Of a stretch of DNA of 64,000 nucleotides, positions 37,320 through 47,600 are shown in pieces. A program made the translations under genes and the position numbers. The stretch is from positions 11,154-75,153 of IMG/VR virus record IMGVR_UViG_3300048670_000735. One strand, 5' to 3'. The notes beneath the pieces are model-generated. The model saw only the letters and a program-made list of their open reading frames with translations. It was not told the DNA's origin and searched no databases. The stretch comes from a virus. Taxonomy: Duplodnaviria; Caudoviricetes. The number at the start of each line of letters is the position of its first letter. Position 1 is the first letter of the stretch.

Positions 37320-38297
37320 ATGGAAATATTAGTAGGCACCAATTCACCAATTACTCATAGAGTTTTTTGGAAAGGCGAAACTGTCGATGCCGACTCTTTG
37401 CCTACAGTAAAGATTTATGACATCACAGAAGATCCTGCTGTCACACCCCCAATAAACCCTGGAACTTTAATAACAACCATAACATCAGAAAAAAGAGAAA
37501 CTGATGATGGTGTTTACGTTGCATATCTTCCTCTTGAATTAACAGATAAAAATAAGCAATTAAAAGTAGTATGGGAATATGTAGTAGATGGAAGCCCAGT
37601 TAGAAAAGAGAACAAGCTTTTTGTTCAAACTCCATATACTGATTTAACTCAGGCTGCAGAAGTTTTAGGGGTTGGAGCAGACTATTCTGACCCAAATTAC
37701 AAAACATTTTTTGATTTATTAGAAGCAGAAAGATATGCAAGAAAGCTAATTGAAAACTATACAGGTCAGCTGTTTTATTTATATGACGACGTAACAATAG
37801 TTTATGGCGCAGGAACAGACATCCTTCCGCTTCCATATAAACTTTCTCAGCTACATGAATTGTATTCAAATGATCTTTTACTTATAGACAATATTAATAA
37901 CATTAATAATCTAGGTTACGATATAGTTGTTTCAGAAAGCGGATTTGGAATAAGAATTAATCGTGCTAACCTGCTTGACAATACTGTATATGTTGCAAAC
38001 GGAATGATTCCTCCAACAATCAATGATTACTCAGGAGTTTTTAATAAAGATTCAGTTTATAGAATTGCGGGTAAATTTGGTTGGGCTGAAGTTCCAGACG
38101 AGGTAGATCTTGCATGTATAGAATTAATGAAAGATTATTTCTCTAAAGATAAAGTTTGGAAAAATAAATACATCAAAAACATCTCCACGTTTGACTGGAA
38201 ATTTGAATACGATTCAACAACATTTTCTGGAACTGGAAATAATTATGTAGATCAACTACTTCTTCCATACGTTCTAAATAAGATGGTTGTTATTTAG
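37320..38297 (+). CDS. Head-tail adaptor/connector protein
   Basis: ARKLIENYTGQ..GKFGWAEVPDEVDLAC..VDQLLLPY pattern; synteny. Confidence 0.7.
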   Translation: MEILVGTNSPITHRVFWKGETVDADSLPTVKIYDITEDPAVTPPINPGTLITTITSEKRETDDGVYVAYLPLELTDKNKQLKVVWEYVVDGSPVRKENKLFVQTPYTDLTQAAEVLGVGADYSDPNYKTFFDLLEAERYARKLIENYTGQLFYLYDDVTIVYGAGTDILPLPYKLSQLHELYSNDLLLIDNINNINNLGYDIVVSESGFGIRINRANLLDNTVYVANGMIPPTINDYSGVFNKDSVYRIAGKFGWAEVPDEVDLACIELMKDYFSKDKVWKNKYIKNISTFDWKFEYDSTTFSGTGNNYVDQLLLPYVLNKMVVI

Positions 38298-38298
38298 A

Positions 38299-38727
38299 AT
38301 GAACAGTGTTGTAGATTCACTTATGCCTATGCAGGCTGATATATATATCCAGCAAGATGAGCAGGACCCAAATACTGGCGCAATTAAAAAAAATTGGAAC
38401 TATTCAAGAACTGTAGCTTGCTCAGCAAAAGGAATAATATCAAATTCAGGCTCAGGAAGATCTGGAGACAAGCAAAATTTTTCAAACAGATATGCAAATG
38501 AACAAACAATTGAAATCAGAACAAATCTTCAAATAAATTATAGGGAAAAAATTAATAACATTAGAGATCTTCAAGGCAATGTTATTTGGAAAGAATTAGA
38601 TTATCCTACAGAAACTCCAACTGTTTTTGAAGTAATAAGCTCAACTCCGCTAACCGACCCTTTTGGAAATGTTCTTGCATACAACTCTCTTGCAAAGAGA
38701 TCGGAGAACCAGGAAATTGGACTCTAG
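38299..38727 (+). CDS. Head closure/stopper-like protein
   Basis: Synteny, size, QDPNTGAIKKNW. Confidence 0.55.
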   Translation: MNSVVDSLMPMQADIYIQQDEQDPNTGAIKKNWNYSRTVACSAKGIISNSGSGRSGDKQNFSNRYANEQTIEIRTNLQINYREKINNIRDLQGNVIWKELDYPTETPTVFEVISSTPLTDPFGNVLAYNSLAKRSENQEIGL

Positions 38728-39505
38728 CGTAGCTTTAATTCAAACCGCAAGCGGACTTGAAAGATTGATGGCTGGATCTGTTCCAGGTATTATTAAAGAT
38801 AGTACAGTTGCACAAGTATCTGCTTTTTTGTATTACGAAGCATCTGTTCTTTCAAAGCTTACAACAAATGATGCATTTAAGAAATTATTTAAGACAACAG
38901 TCTTTAATCAAATAGAAAAAGATTTTTCAGAGTATTTAGATTCACAAGCAAGAATAAAACAAAAATCTTTGCAGCATGTTTATGAGTGGAATAAGGCTGG
39001 AAATCCAGCAGCTAGATTATTTAAGTTAAACAGGTTAGACACAGAAGGCCTTTCGTTTAGAATTAATTATGATTTTAAATTATCAAAATCAACAGTTCCT
39101 TCAACAAATAAGCTACAAAAGAAAAAATATGTATTTGCAAACAAAGCCTCAATTATGGAGTCTGGTATGCCAGTAGTTATAAGGCCAAGATCTGCAGAAA
39201 GACTTGTTTTTGAATTAGATGGCGAAACTGTATTTATGCCAAAAGGAACTTCAGTAACAGTAAAAAGGCCTGGAGGCACAGCAGCAACAAACCAGTTTGC
39301 ATTAGCCTACGGTAGATTTTTTGGCGGGCCACTAGTTAATTCATCTATTAAGTCTTCAGGCTTACAAAGAATATTTAACTCTAAAATGGCGGCAGCCCTA
39401 GATGTTCCAATTAATATAAAGAAAGTGCAATATAGTTTCAGCCCTGGTAAAATAAGATATCAGGCGGACGCAGCATTAGAAAGATCATTTGGAGGCTCAC
39501 TATGA
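38717..39505 (+). CDS. Neck/tail-completion protein
   Basis: Synteny; TTG start at 38717 within ORF 38663..39505. Confidence 0.5.
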   Translation: MDSSVALIQTASGLERLMAGSVPGIIKDSTVAQVSAFLYYEASVLSKLTTNDAFKKLFKTTVFNQIEKDFSEYLDSQARIKQKSLQHVYEWNKAGNPAARLFKLNRLDTEGLSFRINYDFKLSKSTVPSTNKLQKKKYVFANKASIMESGMPVVIRPRSAERLVFELDGETVFMPKGTSVTVKRPGGTAATNQFALAYGRFFGGPLVNSSIKSSGLQRIFNSKMAAALDVPINIKKVQYSFSPGKIRYQADAALERSFGGSL

Positions 39506-40011
39506 CAGTAGATTATAAGATAGACGCAATGTTTGAGCTCCGTAAATTTCTATGGAAAGAGCTAAAGGCTACAGAAATTTTTGATAAAAACGATTACTAT
39601 TCAGATAATCTAAATGCTGAAATTATTCCTATAATTCCAGTTCAGCAGTCCCCAGAATTAGATCAATTCTTAAATGGCAAAAAGCATATAGTCTACGACA
39701 AGATCGGATTGTCATTTGAGGACATATGGCTGCTGGCATGTGAAAAGGTTTTATTTACAATATATTCAACTGACATATCAGATATATATGAAATCAGAAA
39801 CTTGATGATGGACCTATTTAGAAGAATGGACGAGTCCGCAAGAGATGTCAACAATAGCTCAGATTCCACTAAATTAATATTCCATAGCATACATGTTGTA
39901 GAGACATCGCCAATCGAGCCTTCATCTGAGCTAAAGGGCTTCTTGTCGGCAGATGTGATTTTAGAGGTAAAATACTCAAGAACAACAGATGGCAGAGGAA
40001 GATTCAATTAG
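39502..40011 (+). CDS. Tail terminator-like protein
   Basis: Synteny immediately before the tail tube gene; GGAGG SD. Confidence 0.55.
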   Translation: MTVDYKIDAMFELRKFLWKELKATEIFDKNDYYSDNLNAEIIPIIPVQQSPELDQFLNGKKHIVYDKIGLSFEDIWLLACEKVLFTIYSTDISDIYEIRNLMMDLFRRMDESARDVNNSSDSTKLIFHSIHVVETSPIEPSSELKGFLSADVILEVKYSRTTDGRGRFN

Positions 40012-40133
40012 TTGCTTTTAGTCAACTTATCCAGTAAAATTGGACTTGAGGTAAAAAGCCTAGCCAGCTTTGATTAAGATTTAAAATGTAAGTCAATATA
40101 TATATATGTTTATTTAACAGGAGGTTTTACAAC

Positions 40134-40883
40134 ATGGCACAAAATACAGGTAATGCTAGAAATATTCTCGTTGGTGCGTCACCGCTGTTTCTTTCAGTAA
40201 CAGATATCACTAGCGCAGACTATGTTCCAGCAGCAGAAGCAGGCGTATTAAACGCTTGGGCTTCAGGAAAAAATAAGACTGTCCCAGCATTTGCTACAGG
40301 AGAATCTTACACAGATACTTTGAATGCTGTTGATACAGCTACATCACTTTCAGCTGCAACACCAAAGGAAACTAAGGGTGCATTTTATCGTAACGTAGGT
40401 TACACAAACAACGGTCTTCAGGTTACATACAACCCATCATACGGTTCAGTAACAGTAGATCAGCTTCTTGACTCAGCAAAGCTTTTCAAGGAGACAATGG
40501 AAGTTATGATCGCAACAGAAATGGCAGAAGGTACTCTTGAGAACGTTCTTGCTGTATTCGGTCAGCGTTCAGATACTTTAACATCAGCGGGAACAGGTAC
40601 TTCTTCAACAAAGACACTTGGTCTAGCAGGTGGAGCTCTTGGCGAAGCGCCAACAGAGCGTCAGCTTATTGCAGTTGGTCAAGCACCAACATCTACAGCA
40701 GCGGCAGCAACTGAGCGTGTATATTATGCACGTCGTGTTCTTTCTGTACAACAGTCACAGTTCTCTTTGGCTCGTAACGCAGCATCAACATTCCCAGTAA
40801 CATTCCGTTTGTTACCATCTGGTGACTCAGCTCACGCAGGTAAGGAATATGGTTTCATCGTAGACCGTGTTCTTTCAGCATAA
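40134..40883 (+). CDS. Major tail tube protein
   Basis: NILVGA, VGYTNNGLQVTYNP..VDQL, FPVTFRLLP; GGAGG SD; promoter TTGCTT-17-TAAAAT; terminator downstream. Confidence 0.85.
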   Translation: MAQNTGNARNILVGASPLFLSVTDITSADYVPAAEAGVLNAWASGKNKTVPAFATGESYTDTLNAVDTATSLSAATPKETKGAFYRNVGYTNNGLQVTYNPSYGSVTVDQLLDSAKLFKETMEVMIATEMAEGTLENVLAVFGQRSDTLTSAGTGTSSTKTLGLAGGALGEAPTERQLIAVGQAPTSTAAAATERVYYARRVLSVQQSQFSLARNAASTFPVTFRLLPSGDSAHAGKEYGFIVDRVLSA

Positions 40884-40900
40884 TTAATTTAATTAATTAA

Positions 40901-40933
40901 TAGAGACCCCCTAAGAAATTAGGGGGTTTTCTA
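40901..40933 (+). terminator. Rho-independent terminator
   Basis: TAGAGACCCCCTAA-gaaa-TTAGGGGGTTTTCTA. Confidence 0.85.
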
Positions 40934-40991
40934 TTGCTATGATATTTTCAATATGATACAATAATTAAGACACAATCCTAGGAGGATTAAA

Positions 40992-41324
40992 TTGGCAACT
41001 ACAGTATATGATGTTGAAGAAATTCAACTACAAAATGGCGCAACAGTTAAACTCAAGCCTTTAACAATTAAAGAGCTTCGTGAGTTTATGAAAGTCATTC
41101 AAAGAACACAAGAAGTAACATCAGAAGATGAGACATTAACAATTCTTATTGAGGCATGTGGAGTGGCACTAAAGAAGCAGCTTCCAGACCTAGTAGCAGA
41201 TAAAGACGCATTTGAAGATACACTTGACGTTCCAACTATCAACCGCATTCTAGAAGTTTGCGGAGGAATTAAGATGGACGACCCAAACCAACTAGCGGCA
41301 GCAGTACTGGCTGGTCAGAACTAG
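40992..41324 (+). CDS. Tail assembly chaperone (G)
   Basis: Between tube and tape measure; GGAGG SD with TTG start. Confidence 0.8.
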   Translation: MATTVYDVEEIQLQNGATVKLKPLTIKELREFMKVIQRTQEVTSEDETLTILIEACGVALKKQLPDLVADKDAFEDTLDVPTINRILEVCGGIKMDDPNQLAAAVLAGQN

Positions 41325-41656
41325 ATCTAGCCGCTTTAGAAGGGGAAGTTTTTCTTCTTGGTAATTGGATAAATTACGAACAACTAGAAGATAATCTTTC
41401 AATGCCAGAGTTAATCCAGACTTTTAAATCAATGCAAAAATCTGAGTCGGAGAAAAGAAAATTCTTAGCTTCAATTCAGGGTGTAGATTTAAATGAAAGC
41501 AGTAATCAAAATGAGGAGGGATCTTCCTTTGAAGATGTTAGAAGAAGAGCACTTGGTATAAATGCATCAGCAGATGATGTTGTTTCACTACAAGGTTCAT
41601 TTGCCAGCGAAGCTGGTTTCGGCATTGGAGCAGGATTAGGATACTCTATAGAGTAA
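41282..41656 (+). CDS. Tail assembly chaperone T part, reached by -1 frameshift
   Basis: Slippery C-CCA-AAC at 41282-41288; the -1 frame is open for 40 codons into ORF 41402..41656. Confidence 0.75.
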   Translation, partial: PKPTSGSSTGWSELDLAALEGEVFLLGNWINYEQLEDNLSMPELIQTFKSMQKSESEKRKFLASIQGVDLNESSNQNEEGSSFEDVRRRALGINASADDVVSLQGSFASEAGFGIGAGLGYSIE

Positions 41657-41665
41657 TATAAGTAT

Positions 41666-44600
41666 ATGGCAGATAATTTAATCACCACCAATATTACCGC
41701 CAATGCAGACTTTACGAGCTTAAGAGCTCAGCTAGCTGCAGTTACTGCCCAACTCATAAAACTTCAAGAAACAACTGCTGGAACAAACGCAAAGCTTGCA
41801 AATCAAATTGCAGTAATGAACAAGTCGTTTGCAACTACCCTTGGCTCTACTGGTCAGTTTTCACAGCACTTTGTTTCTTTAACTTCAGACGTAGAAAAGT
41901 TTGGAAAGAATTTAGATCGTGGCCGTCTTAAATTAAGTGAGTACTATAACACTTGGAACGGCCACACTAAAAAATCAAGCAATTTAATTAGAGATCTTGC
42001 AAAGCAGCAGGTAATGCTTGAGCAGGCTATTATTCAGCCATTAGGTAAAAATGCACAGGGCTTAATGCAATACAACGTAATGGTTGCAAAAGGTCTTGAT
42101 GAGATAAAAAACAAAACAGCTTTAGCTAGACAACAAGCTTCAATTATGAATAAGGTCATGCAAGACGGTGCGGGCCAACTAATTAACTGGGGTAAAAATA
42201 CACAGTGGGCAGGTCGTCAGCTTACAGTAGGACTTACAGTCCCACTCATTGCCTTCGGAGCTGCAGCACAAAAAGCATTTAAAGAAGCAGACGCAGAGCT
42301 AGTAAGATTAACAAAAGTTTATGGCGGATTAGCCGCAACTTCATCTGAAGATTTAGCGCAAGTCAGAAAAGATGTAAAGGCTACTGCTAAAGAAATTGCT
42401 AGTTCCTACGGTGTAGCATATAAAGAAACAATTGCACTTGCAGCTGATTTAGCAGCCACTGGACAACAAGGAAATGAGTTAATTGCATCAACTCAGCAAA
42501 CAACAAGACTTGCTGTTCTTGGTGAAGTTGACAGACAAGATGCAATGAAAGCAACTCTTGCAATTCAAAATGCATTCAAGCAAAATACAAATGAGCTAAC
42601 ACAATCAATTGACTTCCTTAACGCAGTTGAAAACCAGACTTCCACATCTCTTCAAGACCTAACTGAAGCAATTCCAAAAGCAGGTCCAGTTGTAAAATCA
42701 CTTGGCGGAGACGTAAAAGATTTAGCTTTGTATTTAACTGCAATGAAAGAAGGCGGAGTAAACGCATCAGAAGGTGCTAACGCAATCAAATCAGCAATGG
42801 CATCTCTTATCAACCCTACAAAGGTTGCAAAAGAAATGTTTAACGGATTTGGAATAGATATTGATAAAATTGTAACCTCAAATGCTGGAAACCTAACAGC
42901 AACAATAGTAGATCTTCAGTCAGCGCTAGACAGTCTAGATCCTTTAAGCAAGTCAAGAGCTATTGAGCAATTGTTTGGTAAATTCCAGTACGCAAGAATG
43001 TCTGCGCTATTTGAAAACCTAGGAAAATCTGGATCGCAAACACTTCAGGTTATGGATTTAATGAAGGCAAGCACACAAGATCTTGCAGCAATTTCAGAGC
43101 GAGAATTAAAGATGATGACAGAGTCAGCATCAGGACAATTCAAGAGAGCCTGGGCTTCTGTTCAAGCAGACTTAGCCGCTGTTGGAGAACAGTTCTTAAG
43201 AATAAGCACAAAGGTATTAATTGTTGTAGATAAAATTATTCAATTTTTTCAAAATTTGCCAGGCCCAGTTAAAACATTCTTAAATGCTCTGGGCGGAATC
43301 ACAGCAATTGCTGGACCAATAATCATGCTTACAGGTGTACTCGGAAACTTCCTAGGATACATCATTAAGGGTATATTTCATTTAAAGCAATTAGGTAAAG
43401 GCGGACAAAGCTTTAAATTTCTTACCCCTGAAATTATGGCAGCAGATGCTGCAGCAAAAGGTCTTGCAACATCATTCTATAGTGATACAGAAGCAACAAT
43501 TGTTTTATCTAATGCTGTAAATACACTTTCAGAATCATTTGCTAACCTTGAAATGAAAGCAAATGCTGCAAAGGTTGCTGTTCAACCAGCGGTTGCAACT
43601 GTTGGTGGAAGCGCAGTAGCTCCAGGAGTTCTTGGACAAAGAGTAGTTGATAAAAACAATCCGCTAATTGGTTCACCTTATTCAAGAGATATGTCACATT
43701 TGATTCCATCTCAAATGCCACAAATGGGAACAATATTTGGAACAGTCCCAGGTGCTGGCCCAGTAAACGTTAGAGTTGGAAAAAATCCTCAAGCGTACAT
43801 GGACCAAGATCTTCCAAAGATCCCTGGAGTCACATCAGTAAATAACACATCTACTGGAATTGTTGCAGCTGAAGCAGCAAAGTGGCATGCAATGACAGCA
43901 GCAATTGCAATGCAGTCAGAAGCAGAAATAAAAGTATTGAAAAAAGAAGTAATGGCAACGGGAACAATTACATCAAGCCTATCTGATTCTTATCAAGCAT
44001 TGCTCCCAGAATTTTCTGAAATTACAAGTATGGCTGCACAAGAAACAGCTTTAATTGTTAAGCAGCTACAGCAAAGTAAAATAACAGCAGATGAAGCAAG
44101 AGCAAAAGTAATTCAGCTAAACGCAACAGTTGAAGCAATGCTTGCCGAAACAGCTCAAAAGATTGCAGCAGGACAAGGAAGAACTGTAGCCTTAACAACA
44201 GTTCCATTAACATCTCAACCTGTAGTAGACCCAATAACAGGTAAATCAAACATGAAAGAGATGTTCCACAAGGGAACAACAAAAGAAATTGCAGATAGAA
44301 TTGCAAGAGCATTAGGTGGAGTCAGAACCTCTGGAGCGGGATACAATATTCAGACTACAAAGCCTCAGCAATTAAACGCAGGAGGAAGAGTATATGATCC
44401 ATCAAGAGACGGCAACATCGTACCTGGAGACACATCAATTAACTATGATAATACTCCAGCAGTTTTGCAAGAAGGCGGCTATGTATTAAATCAAGGCGCT
44501 TCAAAAAATAATCCAGACCTAGTTAGTCTTGCAAAAAATTCCCGAAACTCTGGAGGAAAAATTGTACCAGCTGTAGTAACTCCAGGTGAGACTTACTTCC

Positions 44601-47600
44601 CTCCAGAAGTTGCTGAGACAATGATGCCTACACTTGAAAAGGCTAACAGAGGTTCAAAAATATCATTAAGAAATGTCGGCGGATATATAGGTGGTCTTGT
44701 AAAAAGATCAAAGAAGAACTACGGAATTAGCTTTGAAGATTCAGAGCAGATGCGTAGATATACTGAATATCATACGTCATCAAATTTTGACCAGTATGCA
44801 AAAGCGGCTTCAATTGCAAATGATGCAGAAGCACTAGTTGCTCTTGGGCTAAGCCCAGAAGAAGCTGTAAAGGAAGCAGATCGCTGGTTTGAAAAGAGAT
44901 ACAATAAAGCTTTAGAAAATAACAATGGAGTATTTAAGCAATCAGAATTTGATAAAGTTACACAAGAAAGCTATTCTGATTTACAAAAAGATTTAAAGAA
45001 AAGATACGGTATAACAAAACCTATCTCAAAAGAATGGCGCACACTTTCAAAGTCTGGAAGCCAGCAGATGAAGGCACAGCGCTGGAGATACACAAGTGGA
45101 AAAGTTGATTACACAGTAAGAAACAAAATATTTGATTTACTTGGAGAACCAGGGAAGAGATTAAAGAAAGAGGCTGCCTTTGCAAATCAAGAGCGAGCAC
45201 ACTACACATCTGGAAGCACACAAGCTAAATCTGGATTTAACTATTTAGGACAGGCAGTAATACAGCCTTGGGAAATTAATCAGCTTGCTCACGAGCTTTC
45301 AAGATATGGAGTTATACAAAATTCATTTTCTTTGTCATCTGCTGAGAATAAACAGCAGTTTGATAGAATTGCAAAAAATTTAGGATACTTAGATCACGAT
45401 GACATGTTGGAAAGCTTAAAGGGCAAAAAGAGTTCTCCAGCAAAACCTCCTAGAGTATTTAAAGTTGAAAATGGAATGACAGCGCCATTGCGTAAAATGG
45501 TTTCTTCTTCACCTGCACAATTTAAAAATTACATGAGATTGCCAGCCGTAGCAAGAATGCTCACTTTAGCTGGAGCAAGACTTAATGCTGGAGGAGCAGT
45601 TGGTGGCTCAGTCCGTAAAGGAAAATATAATTACGGAAAACTTCCAGCATGGATAATCAGAAATGAAAAGATCAAAAACCTAGCCAACACTGATCCAGCA
45701 CATGGTGTTTTACAAATTGGTAAATATCACCCAGCCTTGCATGTTAGAAATCAATATGTTGCTCCTTCTATTAGATATAAGAGTAACTATGAACCATTTA
45801 CATGGGACAAAGGTCCTAATGCTGGTCAAACTTTCTATTCCCCAAGAAGAACTGGCGGAGCACCAGCATTTGAAACTGGAACAATAGAGACAAGAGCAAA
45901 AACTGCTCTATACAATTATATGCAGGGTGACTATCAAGCAATTAATGATCCAGCAGTTCAGGCATATCTTTCAACCATAAGAACTAAATTTACAGGAACA
46001 CTTCATAGAGGAGTTAGAAACATATCTAGCCTTCCTCCTGTAATTAGTAATTTAATTAAAGAAGGCAGATGGGATGATCTTGTAGGCAAAGAGTTTATTA
46101 TGCGTCGCTCATCATGGAGCACAAATAAAGATACTGCAGAAGGCTTTGGTCAAATTCAGCTTATTGCAAACGTAAAAAATAGAAATGCTGTGCCAGCATC
46201 TGAAATATTTCCAAACTTAACATTCCAATCTCCACAGGGACCAGTACCAGTAAACGAAAGTGAAGTTTACATGGGAGGTAAGTTTAGAGTTATTGGAGCT
46301 GATAAAAATAGATTAAAGCTACAAGCAATATATGATGCTGCTCGTGAAAATGGCGGACCAGTAAATGCTGGAAGACCTTATCTTGTTGGAGAAAAGGGTC
46401 CAGAAATCTTCGTTCCAAAAAATGCTGGAGGTGTAATTCCAGGATACAACATGGGCGGAATGGTAAAGTCAATGATGATGAGCTCACTTGGATACATGGG
46501 TGGTTCTGCGCTTGGAGGAATGACAGGCTTGCCAGGCGGAGCAATGATTGGCGGAATGCTTGGCTCAATGTTTGGAATGGGCGGAGGCTCATCTATGGGA
46601 AGAGCTCCAAGGCCACAAGCAGAAGGTCCATTAAGAGAAAATGGAATGTTTGCAAAAAATTTATCTGCAGAGCATTTTACAAAACCAATAGGTCCAGCAG
46701 GAAAACTTGCAGATAAGTTAAATCTGCTTGGATCATCAGGTGGAAGATTTTCTAGTGTTTTAACAAAAATAGGACCACTTCTTGCAAGACTTCCAATGGC
46801 ATTTAATCCAGTTGGGGTTGCAATTGCAGCAGTAACAGCAGCTACAGTTCTTGGGGTTAAAAGATGGAAAGACCATAATGAACATTTAAGAATTGGAATG
46901 CTTCAATATAGCTTAACTGCAGAAGCAGCAAAAAAAGCTGGAGTAAAATTTACTGATTACAATACAAAGCTAGCAGATACCGTTACAAATATTCAAGCAA
47001 TAAGAGAAAGAAATCAGCTTTTGTATGAAAGCATGGAGTCTGCTGGAATGCCAATAGAGATGACTATTGAGCAATATAAGAAATTGCGTAAAGAGGTTAA
47101 GTCATCTTATGCAGACCAAATTAAATTAATTAATCAAACAAAGGGACCAGGGGATACAAGAAAGCTTGCAGAAGATCTTAAGATTCAGTTAATGGCAGCA
47201 GGCATGTCAGCAGAAGATGCAACAAAGAAAATTTGGGCAATGTTTAAACTTTCTGAAAAAGCAAAAGACGCTGCAACATTTACATTAGGAAACTCTGGCT
47301 TTAATAACATAAAAGATGGTCAATCTGTAGCAGTAAGTGCAATATCCAGATACAGCGCTGCAGCAAAAGAAGGCGGACGTGAAGGCGCAGGCGCAGTACA
47401 AACTGGACTGACATCAATAGATGCTGGCATACAAGACATGATTGCTAGAAGCAAAAAAGCAGCCAAAGCAGACAAGTCTGGCAATACAAAAGTATTAACT
47501 GAATATCAGGCACAAGAAGCTATGCTTAATAAATTAAATTCTCTTGAGTCATCAAAAGCAAGATTAACAAAAGCAACAAGAGATGAAATGATTAAGCAAA

